From the NCBI GenBank assembly GCA_037447605.1, contig CM074821.1, positions 1,054,001-1,118,000 of the forward strand: DNA of 64,000 bases. The letters are read 5' to 3'. The position numbers and the translations under genes were made by a program. Source of the DNA: Zygnema circumcarinatum SAG 698-1b. Its lineage: Eukaryota; Plantae; Zygnematophyceae. This document shows positions 47,623-58,743 of the stretch, piece after piece (within the stretch, counting starts at the first letter, position 1; each line of letters begins with the position of its first letter). The notes below the pieces were generated by a model that worked only from the letters and a program-made list of their open reading frames with translations, was not told the origin of the DNA and searched no databases.

Positions 47623-47969
47623 TGTCAGACAGAGAGAGAGAGAGCCCATATTGCTAGATGAAAAGTGAGCTATCTCCCCCCACTTTCAAACCTCCTTCAT
47701 GCTGAGAGACAACGGGAGGGAGTGTTGCAGCCTATCTATGGCTGCGCTGTCAGTGGGAGTCCGACTCTGACTGCGAGGCCCTCGCCCTCCGGTTCAATCT
47801 CATTGGTCGGGGCGGGCCCATGTTCGGCATGCCTCCCTCCTACCTCCGCTTCAGCCTCCTCTGCCATCAAACCACCTTCGAAATTCTCCTGCGCCGACTC
47901 AGGCTCATTCTCGGCCTCCCTCCCTCGCCGCGTGTGGGAGCGATGGGCGCGAACGAGGGCGGAGTTTAG
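44966..47969 (+). CDS. Alliinase/tryptophan aminotransferase-related (TAR3/4-type) PLP enzyme with signal anchor and EGF-like domain; internal exon(s) missing, probably in the N gap
   Basis: Exons 44966-45396, 45909-46209, 46715-47001 and last exon 47731-47969. CSPHG...CECHPCFRGADC (alliinase EGF), VGNV...IGTGSTQL, VTSPNNPDG, FDLAYNWPQFTPI, PLP-lysine motif TLSKLTGHAGNRIG, AYLWLRCQWESD, YLRFSL. The expected WALVKD segment is not found; N gap at 47296-47305. Confidence 0.88.
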
Positions 47970-48813
47970 GGCTGACGTCAGCTCCATGATGAGTTGCGGT
48001 GTGTGGCGTCATCGGCGTGCAAAGGTCCGAAGGGTTGACGTCAGGCACACGCAGCAGTTGGGGTGGGGGGGTGGGGGGCGGTAGCGTCTTTGGGAAGAGC
48101 TGGAGAGGTTGTGTATAGGGTTTTCTGCATACTCTACAGTGGTGTAGAGTGAATATATGTGAGAGTAGCTTTTGGGAGAGAGAGGACCGAGAAGGGAGAG
48201 AGGGGAGAGGGGAGAGGGGAGAGGAGGGCGCTCTGAAACCTGTAGCATGTGTCCTGCCCTTTACGACGTTAAGAGAGATGTGCAGAAAAAATAATGTAGC
48301 GCGTTCTTCAAGGTTTATAAGGTTTGTAGTGGAAGGACGGAACATATTTAGTACTATGTTGCTACGGAACAAAAGGATTACAAGATGCTGTTATTTGTGG
48401 TCCTTACTAGGCCGCGTCCAAGAAAGTGAACTGGGAAATGTGAAAAATTAAAGAACTATTCACATTATTATTACTTTTTATTATTGTTGACCCAGTCAGA
48501 GGTATCTCGTAGACGGTATGTTATCCAAATCATGCACTACAATATGTCTGAGATAATTTCGTGCCAATATTGCTTAATCAAATAATATCTCTTTTGCCCA
48601 AAAGCAGTTATCGGCCCATGTGTGACCAGTGCGTGGACCAACACTGGCTGTTTAGTCTCCCCTTTTTACTTCCCTAATTTCTAGGTCGAAATAAAATGAA
48701 AAACCCTAACTTTGCACCACACCCCCCTAGCTTGTTAAATTCACTACTTCCAAACCCCTAAACCCCAAAAATCTGAACCCCTCCAAAGCCTAAATTTCCC
48801 TAGAGGGCTTCTC

Positions 48814-50998
48814 TCAGCCTTCCGGGTCGTCAACCTTCACTTTAGGAACCTTCAAATAGGAGCCCTCCATTTCCGGCGCTTCTTCCAACATTTCCCCCCT
48901 GCCACCAAAAAAAAAAAAAAGAAATAAAAAAAAAAATCTCTTTTGGTGTAAGACGTAAGCGAATAACCCTTAGGACTACTTGAACTTCTAACCTTTGTTA
49001 AAAAATAAACATACATATATATAAGGAAAAAAAGAAAAAACGAGTCACCTCGCATTGAAAACCACGGGGAGGTCCGGCCGAGCAAAGGGCACCTCCTCGC
49101 TCTCACCTGCTTGAAAAGGGACGGAGGAAAATCGGTAAGAAGTTTTGATAAAATCATTCAGAAAGCTCAAAAGTTCGTTCTTAAAGTCAAGCCAAGCACT
49201 CTCTCTCGGAGTATCCCTTCGGGTTCTACACCAAATAAGTTTGCTCTTTGAGAAAAAGAACCTCTCGTTTCTCAGCAAATCAGATCTCCTTCAATTCCTG
49301 AAACCCTAAAAATATTCATTGCAATGTAATGAGGTTGACAAAGAGACACATTGCCCTCTCCTACTCATTAGAGAGAGAGAGAGAGAGAGAGATTCGAAAT
49401 CGTGAGCGTAAGGGTGAAGTACACATCAAGAAAGAGGGTAGAGGGAGAGGTAGAGATAGAGGGGTAGAGATAGAGGGAGAGGTAGAGATAGAGGGAGAGG
49501 TAGCGATAGACGGAGAGGTCGATATAGAGGGAGAGCTAGATATAGAGGGAGAAGTGGAGATAGAGGGAGAGGTAGAGATAGCGGGAGAGGTGGAGATAGA
49601 GGGAGAGGTAGAGATAGAGGGAGAGGTGGAGATAGAGAGAGAGGCAGAGATAGAGGGAGAGGCAGAGATAGAGAGAGAGGTAGAGATAGAGGGAGAGGTA
49701 GAGATAGAGGGAGTTGTGGAGATAAAGGTAAAGGTAACGAGAAATACCGACACGTATGGCTGGCGGAACTGAGCTCACATCGATATCTTGTAGCTGCCCG
49801 AACCTGTCAACTCCAGCTTTAAGGAGAAAAGGGGAAATCTTTGAAATTAGTAGAGCAGTTCTTTTCATATTCAACGACTTACTAATCGAGGTGCATGACA
49901 GTTCAACGTCTGAACTTTTTCTTGATTTGAAGAAACTGAGGGAAGGTGAAGACAATTTGCTGCGAAGGAAACTTCACTCCTATGTTTGTTTGAACACTGC
50001 GATGCTTGGTTTCATCTCAAGGTGAGAAATAAAAAGAGTGAAGATTTGAAAGAAGCAGAGGACAAAGGCAATTGTTGTTACCATTCAAAGGAATTTGAGG
50101 GAGAGGAATAAGGAATAAGAGCATAGACTCAAAAAAGGAGATTGGAAAGTTTGGGAAAAGAAAAGAAGGTGAAAGGACAGACCCACCATTCAACAATGCG
50201 ACCGATGGACTCCCCAAAGTCCGCCATCTGGGCAGAATAAGTAAAAGGAAAAAAAAATTACTAAATACTAAATTACTGCGCAGAAAAGCAAAGGAAAGAA
50301 AAATTTGAAGCTCTCACCTTCAGTATGCAGTCAAAAGGTATGTCCCAAATGTCGCGAATTTTGACTAGGATTTGACTAAGTTTTGACTTCGATTTGAGTA
50401 AGCATTGACTACGTCAGTCACCACGCAGTGCTCTTTACACGTCATAAAAAAATACAATTTACGAAAATAAAGGGCAATGTAAACAATCTTTAACTTCTTC
50501 TTTCCAACTTCCACATTGTCAAAAAAGGAAATAGTATATCGCAAACCAGAGTTCATCAACCGTGAGCAGAGTGCGAGGTACCTCTTCCGGAGAAATCGTC
50601 AGCCGGGCGCGAGCCGCTAGGTCGGCGACATCTGGCGGCGCTACGCTGCTGCCAGCTGGCACTTCTCCGCCCCCAGCAGCAGCCCCTGAACAGTTGACAC
50701 GTGTCCGTATCGCCTCAGAATGACACGTGGCAGCCTGCCCACCCCTACAAAAGAGCGAGGTGGCACGACGAGTGCAGCGAAGGGAGGGAGAGGGAGAGGG
50801 AGAGGGGGAGAAAGAGAAAGAGGGAACGGGAGTGGGGGAAGGACAGAGAGAGGAAGAGAGGGAGGGGGAGGGGGAGTGAGAGAGAGAAGAAGAGAGGGCG
50901 GGAGAGATAGAGGCAGAGGGAGCGGGAGTGAGAGTGAGAGAGAAGGGAGAAGCCATGGCTGCTCTGGCGCAGACCTTGGCGAGGGCCCGAGAGGCCAT
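48814..50998 (-). CDS. GATC: Glutamyl-tRNA(Gln) amidotransferase subunit C, organellar, 5 exons
   Basis: Minus exons 50998-50582, 50227-50187, 49803-49748, 49106-49049, 48898-48814. Ser-rich transit peptide, then PPDVADLAARARLTIS, IVEWFGQLQDIDV..VPPAIR, SYLKVPKV. Confidence 0.88.
49456..49715 (+). repeat. 18-bp purine minisatellite (GAGGGAGAGGTAGAGATA)n, about 14 copies, in GatC intron 3
   Basis: Unit read directly; produces the EVEIEG and ISTSPS pseudo-ORFs. Confidence 0.88.
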
Positions 50999-51328
50999 GG
51001 CTGCTCTGTGGGGAGGGGCCGCACTAAAGGGAGCAAGCTTCTATGAGCCGAAATCCGTCAGCAGTTGCACATCCCTGAAATATTCTTTAACATGGAACGA
51101 CGCTACGCAGTCGAATCGATAAGTTAAACGACATGTTGAACTGCGACCCACTTGACTGTGATCGTCACACGGAACGGACATGGAACGGACCTTCCTCCGT
51201 TCCAGCGCCATCCGAACTCGGGTGAAAGCCCGCGTCGCCCTCCTCCGCTTGCCACGTGTCGCCCCCTCCCTCCCTCTCTCCCGCATTCTCCGCGCCACAG
51301 TCTCACAGGTCTGAGCGAGCTCGCAGTC

Positions 51329-52814
51329 ATGGCTACCGCCATGGCATCCTGCTCCTCCTCCTGTGTGAACCTCAGCACGTCATGGCCTCCCTCTGCATCC
51401 TCTCCCATGCAGACCCCAGGCAGGGGTCAGGGCAGCCTGTCTTCAAATTTTAGTGTTAAGGGCGAGCTCTTTGCCTTGAGGAAGCGCCACGTGTCATGTT
51501 CTCCCTCCCCCTCCTCCTCCTGCAGGCGGGAGAGACGAGTCGTGGCCATGGCGGGTGGGGTTTTAGGGTTAGGGTTCGAGGGAGAGAGTGATGTAGGGGC
51601 GCGCGCTGGAGGGGGCAGCGCGATGATGCAGCGGTCGGCGGAGGGTGATGTGATGGGTCTCCTCCTCCGGCAGCGCATCGTCTTCCTTGGGCATCAAATG
51701 GACGACTATGTCGCGGACGCAGTTGTGAGCCAGCTGCTGCTGCTGGACGCGCAGGACCCCAATAAGGAAATTCGCCTCTTTGTTAATTGTCCAGGTGGCA
51801 GCATCAGGTGCGTAAGCTACTTCTGCTTGAATTTACCGATTTTTAAGTTTATTTTTATTGATTTCTTATTTTCAATTTGAAATTAGCTGCTTCTTTTCAA
51901 GACTTTGTTGACCAGTTTACGAGGTAGGAGCCAATTAGGGCAAGCCTTTTCCCTTGTTCACATTCCGACGAAACCCAACATACCATACATACATTTCCGC
52001 GTTGGCCCTCTGGTCGACGAGAATCTAAATATAGCCTAAAACAGGAGCGAGAGAGAGAGAGACGGAGAGAGAGAAAGAGAGAGAGAGGAATGTGCTAATG
52101 AATCAACTGACTGTTATTCCCTACCGGCTGCAGTGCTGCCATGGCTATTTACGACGCCATCCAGCTCTGCCGGGCGGAGGTTTCCACCATTGCATTCGGC
52201 CTGTCTGCTTCCACCGCCACTGTGGTGCTTGCAGGAGGCTCGAAGGGCCGCAGATATGCAATGCCGAACGCGCGGGTGATGATGCATCAGCCCATGGGGG
52301 GGGCGAGTGGGCAAGCCATCGATGTGGAGATTCAGGCGAAGGAGATCATGTACCACAAGAAGAACATCACAAGCATTTTGGCGCAAATTACTAACAAGAC
52401 CTACGAGCAGGTTAACATGCTTTCAAAGGGGCTGCGTGTGTTGGTTTCTTTACTTTGCAATTTAGGGTTTGTGGGCGAGGAGTTGCGCACTTCGTTTTGT
52501 ATCAGTATTGTATTGTATGGTGTATTGTACTGTTTTTAGGGTTTATAGGGTTTTCAGGTGTGGCATTGATCTCTATTAAAAATATATTCTTTTATGGGGT
52601 GCTGCAGGTGGAGAAGGACATTGATCGTGATCGATACATGTCCCCCATTGAGGCCATGGAGTATGGCATCATTGATGGAGTCATTGACAAGGACACCATC
52701 ATCCCCCTCCTCCCTGTGCCTGAGAGAGTGAAGCATCAGCCAGGATTCCTCGCAGCAGATAGCACTCCCCGACAGTTTTTGATTCCTATAATTCCCGACG
52801 ATGAGATCTACTAG
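51329..52814 (+). CDS. CLPP4: Plastid ATP-dependent Clp protease proteolytic subunit ClpP4, 3 exons
   Basis: Exons 51329-51807, 52134-52410, 52608-52814. DVMGLLLRQRIVFLG, catalytic Ser (GLSAS), His (MMHQP), Asp (DRDRYMSP); the C-terminus IIPL.PVPERVK...IPDDEIY is ClpP4-specific. Confidence 0.93.
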
Positions 52815-54669
52815 GCACAAATGTTGTTTAATTCTTGCAACTCTTCTTCAGTATCAACGGTTGGCAGCTGAGCTTGCAGCCTCGTGGCAAATGGATGAAC
52901 AGTGCTTGTAATGTTTAGCGTTATCTTGTCCTTTTAACTACTTGCTTGCTAACTGTGTGTGTGAGGGAGAGGGAGAGGGAGAGGGGGGAGGGGGCAGGGG
53001 AGAGGCGGGAGGGGGGAGGGGGGAGGGGGGAGGGGGAGAGGGAGGAGGAGAGGAAGGGGAAGAGGAAGAGGGAGAGGGTTTCTTCGTTTCGTGGTGTTTT
53101 TCTTAGAAACATGTCATGGTTGAATCCTTCGACCATCCCCTTAAACGCCTCAAATGCGAATGAATTGATGAAATGTGTAACAGCTTACTTCGAGAGAAAC
53201 GTCTGCTCCACAGCAGCCGTCAATTGGCCCCTCATCAAGCGACAAGGACATGCCTCACCCTCACACTGCAGCTCCAAAACTAATATAAAACTTGCCATCC
53301 TCTGCACCCCGACCTCTCAGACCCTCGACCTCTGCAAGACCACTTCGCGTGTAGAACAAGGCAACCAGACTACCAGGAAAAACCAGAAATAAAAACCAGA
53401 ATGGAGAATCCTTGCGTCATCATGTAGGCCAATGTGCACAATGACGTCAGTTTTAGGATGTTCATGAACGTTGCGGTTGATTCGTACAGCCTATTGTGTA
53501 CTCTGTGAACCAAAACGGTTCCATAATGCGAGTGGCAGTCGATGTGCCAAGCGGTACCATAAGGGACTTACGTGGCGAGCTGTTATAGTGACACGTGGCG
53601 CCTCGCTGAGAGCTTGGGGCAGGCGCCATGGCCACTGCGGCGGGGAGGGGGGAAGCGCGCGCGACCGAACACTGCTGCAGAACTGGTGGGAGAGTAATTC
53701 TTAAACGGCTGCTGGAGTTGTTGGGAAAGGGAAGGGAGGCAGAGGGAAGGGGGGAGAGAGAAGAGAGGTGAGAGAGGGAGGGGGGCGAGAGAGGAGAAGA
53801 GAGAGAGGGATGGAGTTAGAGGATGGCGGAGATGGTGGGAGGAAGGAGAGAGGGAGAGGTAATGGCGGGGAGGGAGGGAGGGGGGAGAGACGAATGGGGG
53901 AGAGAGGGAGTAGGGGAGGGAGGGGAATAAGAGAGAGAGGGAGGAGGGGAGGGAGAGGGAGGAGAAGAGAGAGGGAGAGGGGAGGGACAGGGTAGAGAGG
54001 GGAAGGAGAGGAAGGGAAACTCTGTCTGAATTTCGATTCTTGGGCTCGCGACGGTTAGTGAATTAACATGTGTAAATAATTACGATATGAGGCGAGATAA
54101 TCTATGGCCACCATAGTTTCTTTCATGAAGTAATTCAATTGCTGTAGGTAATGAGTATTGAAGAATATATTTTAACAAGAAGAATGCATCAGATTGACTT
54201 TGAATCGGTTATGTTGTGCGAGGGTGTCGATCTGCGGAAAATACTTAGGATTCTTTGTTATACTGTACGCTTGTTAGTGACTGAAAATTTTTTGGGGCAT
54301 AGTCGAATACTAAGTATATATTTCAAGCTGGTTCCCACGTTTGTATTCGGTATAAAAAAACAATTCAGAGGGGAGGGGACAAAAAAACACGTACATTCAA
54401 AATTGGAGCTTATGCTAACTTATGACATATTATAAGCTGAGTCAACGAAGCGCCTTGTCTAATGTTGGCTCTTGAGGAGGTTGGAGTTTGTCGGAAGTTC
54501 TCTCTCTCCCTCCCTCCCTCCCTCCCTCCCTCCCTCCNNNNNNNNNNCTCCACCTCCTTTTCCCTACCTAGCAGTACATAAACACCCCTTAAATCTACCT
54601 TCCTTCCTGTTTCTCCCTGCAGCCTCCCCTCCTTGAAACTCTAAGTGCCCCACCTCCCTTCATAAAGCA

Positions 54670-54948
54670 ATGAGCACTCGCCGCCTTTCGGGCCTTCAAA
54701 GGGACGTCCTGAGTCTCCTCCGCTCCATATTGAGAGTGGCCCGAAGCAAGCCGCCTCCCTCCCGGTCCAACATTGAGCACTTTGTGATGGCGGAGTTTCG
54801 GCGGCACGCGGCGGAGGTGGAGAGGAAGGACTACCAGACCATAGAACATCTCCTCCGTAGAGGGACTCGCCAGAAGGAGCAGCTCTTGAAGATGGACACG
54901 ACGGGGTTCACTGTGCTACAAGTTGCAAGGCCGCCGGCGAAAGCATAA
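54670..54948 (+). CDS. SDHAF1: Succinate dehydrogenase assembly factor 1 (LYR family), single exon
   Basis: RLSGLQRDVLSLLRSILR, EFRRHA, RKDYQTIEHLLRRG match SDHAF1; the LYR tripeptide reads LLR here. Confidence 0.88.
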   Translation: MSTRRLSGLQRDVLSLLRSILRVARSKPPPSRSNIEHFVMAEFRRHAAEVERKDYQTIEHLLRRGTRQKEQLLKMDTTGFTVLQVARPPAKA

Positions 54949-55235
54949 GATCGCTGCTCTCTTCTCTCTTCTCTCTTTCTCTCTCTCTCTCTCTCTATGT
55001 CTCTGTCGCAGGGGCGGATTCAGGATTTTAGTAGAGAGAGAGAGAGGGGGGCCTGACCAATGAGTTGGGACAAGAAGTTCGGACATTCGAGTGTGCATTT
55101 TTGCTATTCAACCCTCAAAGGCGATCAGTGGCTGACATCTTTTTTCAAAATCTGAGGGGAGGATAAGATCTCCTCTCTCTCCCTTTCCTATCCCGCCTCT
55201 TAGCTCTTTCTGGGCTCTTTCCTCGTATCTCTCTT

Positions 55236-55301
<66 letters not shown>

Positions 55302-55849
55302 GTCTTTCTCCCTTGATCCCTCCTCTTAGCTCTTTCTGGGCTCTGTCCTTTGTCTCTCTCTCTCTCTCGTCTCTCTCCCGTTATCCCTCCTCTTAGCTCT
55401 TTCTGGGCTCTCTCCTTTTTTTCTCTCTCTCTCTCTCCCTCCCCTCTCTCCCGTCATCTCTTCTCTTCGCTCTTTCTGGATTCTTGCGGCTTGCTTGCTG
55501 GTCATGTAGACACAGCGTGGAAGAAAAATAGGGAGTACATTGGCACTGCTTGCAATAAGGGGACTGCTAGAAGCAGAGAGAGAAACGAGAGCTTATAGGC
55601 TTCAAAATTTCCCGAATTTGTTTGGTATACATTGTTCTTACGGCTGAAGCTTTTATTGGGAAGGAAACGTGTTCATTTTTCCTCTCTCACTTTGTTAAGT
55701 CCTTTAGATCTTTGATTTTTAACCAAAAGCAATTAATTATGAAACTGTCGCCAAATTGTTAAGCTTTTGCTTTTGCTTTTCCTTTTGCTTTTGCTTGTGC
55801 TGCTTCTAACAGAGCTGCGAACCGGCAAGAATTGCAATATGAAGGCTTC

Positions 55850-55927
55850 CATGGCCATGGCCATGCGGGCATGGAGTGGCCATGGCCATGGGGGGCATGG
55901 AGTGGCCATGCCCCCCATGGCCATGGC
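55850..55927. repeat. CCATGG/GGCCAT hexamer cluster
   Basis: ccatggccatggccatgcgggcatggagtggccatggccatgggggcatggagtggccatgccccccatggccatggc. Confidence 0.7.
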
Positions 55928-56339
55928 TAATGTGAGAAATTGACGACCCAAAAGGTAATTACAATACGGAGTACAAAAACATGTTTAGACCAATGAGACC
56001 GTTCATTCGCACGTGCCATTTTTAACCAATTGGAAACTTCAATGTACGGACTTCTTGCCGGTCTGCAAAACTTGCCGTCAAAAATACCTGCAGAAGTAAT
56101 TACAGTATTATTCCTCTGCCAAGCCTGCCCGTCCCCAAAAAAAAAAAGGAACGATACAGTAGGCGAACCCGGGCAGGGATAGAAAAACAATTACCGGCAG
56201 CCAAGTGAGGTGTCAACGCGGCCGCAAGCGACACGGAGAGGCGCCAAATCGTAGTACGGACGGGTTTTGTCGCATGCGTTCCGGCCGGTCGCCAGAATGA
56301 TTGCTTGACAGCGGCTGGCTTCGTTGTCGTTTGGTGAGG

Positions 56340-56480
56340 AAGTGCATTGAACTCACGATGGCGAGGCCATCAAATGTACGTGGACAAAAGCAGCATCATG
56401 GGGAACCACGAAGAACTGGTCGCAAAGGACCTAGGCACAAAAGACAGACGCCTAGGCGCAACAACGCAGCCCCTAGAGCC
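56340..56480 (+). repeat. Dispersed repeat family copy D
   Basis: CACGATGGCGAGGCCATCAAATGTACGTGGACAAAAGCAGCATCATGGGGAACCACGAAGAACTGGTCGCAAAGGACCTAGGCACAAAAGAC. Confidence 0.7.
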
Positions 56481-57070
56481 CCTAGGGTATTCTTTTGTCG
56501 TTCTACGAGACAGTTGTCGTATGCGGATGCCTCGTCTATGTACATACGTAGTTCCGTGCCTCTGAATGGCAGCGACGGAAGGCCTAACGGCGACATGGAA
56601 CGGGATCATGGGAACCACGAGGCGGCGCACAAAGGGCCCGCGGCGGGGAGGGTTTGAGTGTGGACTTTGCATGTGTGAAATGCAGCCGTTCAATATTGTT
56701 CTGGGGGCGATTGGCTTGTCGTTGTTGTTGTTGTTGACTTCGCAGCATTGTGTTCCATGCGCAGTTTGGCGCGCTCTGACACTCCACGACCAATTGACCG
56801 CACAACTCACCTGCAGGTTCGAGGGCTTGCGTCAACAAATAGTTGTACGCACGCACACAGCCGAACCGGCCTAATGACCAGCCCACATTTGTGCATACTT
56901 TTGCATTCAGAGGATGTTTTGCTTTGGGACCCAAAACCGAACAGGATGACCGATGCCAAGCTCTTCAAAGAAATGGGTCGATTCTTCAAAGTTTCTCCCA
57001 AAATGTGCGAACTTGAGACCTAGCGCTGTTGTCGTTATTTTTCAAAGAAAGATTTATTTTAGAAAAGAAA

Positions 57071-57172
57071 AGGCTACTACGCCAGATCCCATCGGAACTC
57101 CGCAGCTAAGCGCCTGTGGGCCGGGATGGTACTGGGATGGGTGACCTCCCGGGAAGTCCCGGTGTCGCACCC
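57071..57172 (+). pseudogene. 5'-truncated 5S rRNA copy
   Basis: GATCCCATCGGAACTCCGCAGCTAAGCG...GTACTGGGATGGGTGACCTCCCGGGAAGTCCCGGTGTCGCACCC is the conserved 5S body (A and C boxes), followed by a T-rich tract. About the first 17 nt are replaced by A-rich sequence; single isolated copy. Confidence 0.85.
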
Positions 57173-57416
57173 ACTTTTTCTTTACTTTCGAAAGAAAGAA
57201 ATTCACCATTCCACTTTTGTTCCCTTTGCTGTAGCGAACCGTACAATTGAAATGTGATTTGCCATTTTTTTATCTCGTCGGTATCCCCGTGACGTGGAAG
57301 TGAATAACTAACGAAAATCTGACTAACCAAACATGACCAGATTGATACTATACCAACTAAGCATTCCATGTTCGAGCCAAGAAGTCAATAACTTTGATGC
57401 TGGTTGGGCCTTCTGG

Positions 57417-57558
57417 GGTTCCATGCTGTGCCACAGTACTGGATCCATGCTGTGGTACAGAACTGGTTTCATGCTGTTGTGCAGTACTAGCTTCATACTG
57501 TGCTACATTACTGGTTCCATGCTGTTGTGCAGTACTGGTTCCATGCTTGGTACAGTTC
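57417..57558 (+). repeat. 24-bp minisatellite, about 6 copies (GGTTCCATGCTGTGNNACAGTACT)
   Basis: Units start at 57417, 57441, 57465, 57489, 57513 and 57537; no spacers. Confidence 0.85.
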
Positions 57559-57599
57559 CGTAGCCTCCTAGAATTCAATCGCCGTACTGCATTTCCGTA

Positions 57600-57790
57600 C
57601 AGTAGACCCCCCCAATATTTTCGCCCCTCTTATTTTCGCTCCCCAATATTTTCGCCCTGAATTTGCCAAAACCACTTTTTAATATAATACTGCCCGCCTA
57701 TTGTTAACACGCACCCTTATATTTTCGCTACCCAATATTTTCGCCCAATATTTGCCGAAACCATGGCGAAAATATTGGGGGGGTCTACTG
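57600..57790. mobile_element. 191-bp Tc1/mariner (pogo-like) MITE with perfect 26-bp TIRs and TA target duplication
   Basis: CAGTAGACCCCCCCAATATTTTCGCC (57600-57625) and its exact reverse complement (57765-57790); TA at 57598-57599 and 57791-57792; internal AATATTTTCGC repeats. Confidence 0.9.
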
Positions 57791-58743
57791 TAAAACATAG
57801 TGGGTACGGTCTATCTCCTATTTTCCAGCGTGGCAACTGAAATATATTTTCCCGCCCCCTGATTGGCCAGCAAGATTTGAGAATATCCTGCGAGGCGAGG
57901 GAGAATCCTCCTCTCCAGGACCACTGCTGTGCTGGCCTTTCTGCGGGCACATGGAACGGTCGTTTCAACGCGATAACGTGATCCGTTGCCGTTGAATAGT
58001 TCTACAGACACATAGAACAGCTTTCCCCGGCCGCCTTTGATGCGTCAGCATGTCCATCCAAACCAAGCTCCCCCTACGAAACGACAAGCACCGACATTTG
58101 TTGCCTCGTGGCAGTATATCTGCGTGCCACGTCATTCGTCAAAACAGTTACTTTGTCCTGATTGGGCCACATGGCATGACTCTGCGCTCCATTGGCTGCC
58201 GACAGCATCTTTTGGTCCTTGGACGATGACGTGGTCGGACGGCGCCGCCGCCAAGGAAGCTTCCTGGAAAGGTCAGCGCCGGCTTCGGCGCCAACCGCTT
58301 TCGCCTCGCCCACTCCCACCCTTCTTCCCTCCCGCTCCCTTCCTCTCTCACTCCTCTTTCTCTCTCTCTCTCTCTCTCGCTCCCTCTCTCTCTCTCTATC
58401 TCTCTCTCTCTCTCTCTCTCTCGCTCCCTCCTTTCCTCTCCTCTCGCTCTCTCTCTCGCTCCCTCCCTTTCCCTCCCTCTCTCTCTCCCCCTTTCTCTCT
58501 CGCCCTCTCTCCCTGCATTTGCGCATTCATTCGTTCTCCCCCCCCCAGTCTGCCTCTCCCTCGCTCCTTTCTCCGTCCCCTCTCGTCGCTCTCACGTTCT
58601 GCTCTCTTGCCTCTTTTCTTCCCTCTCTCCTCCTCCACTGCTCGTTTTCTCTCCCCTCCCTTCCCCACTCTCTCTCTCTCGCTCTCTCTCTCTCTCCAGC
58701 TGTCTGCATCCCTTCACTTTTCGCTCTCGCTGTTCAGGCAGCC

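Noticed and set aside
47736-47987. Minus-strand 83-aa acidic ORF
   Set aside because: Antisense shadow of the last exon of the alliinase/TAR-like gene.
57071-57172. Functional 5S rRNA gene
   Set aside because: The 5' strand of helix I is missing and the copy is solitary, so it is called a pseudogene.
57417-57558. CRISPR-like appearance of the 24-bp repeats
   Set aside because: Units are contiguous with no unique spacers, there are no cas genes, and the context is eukaryotic.
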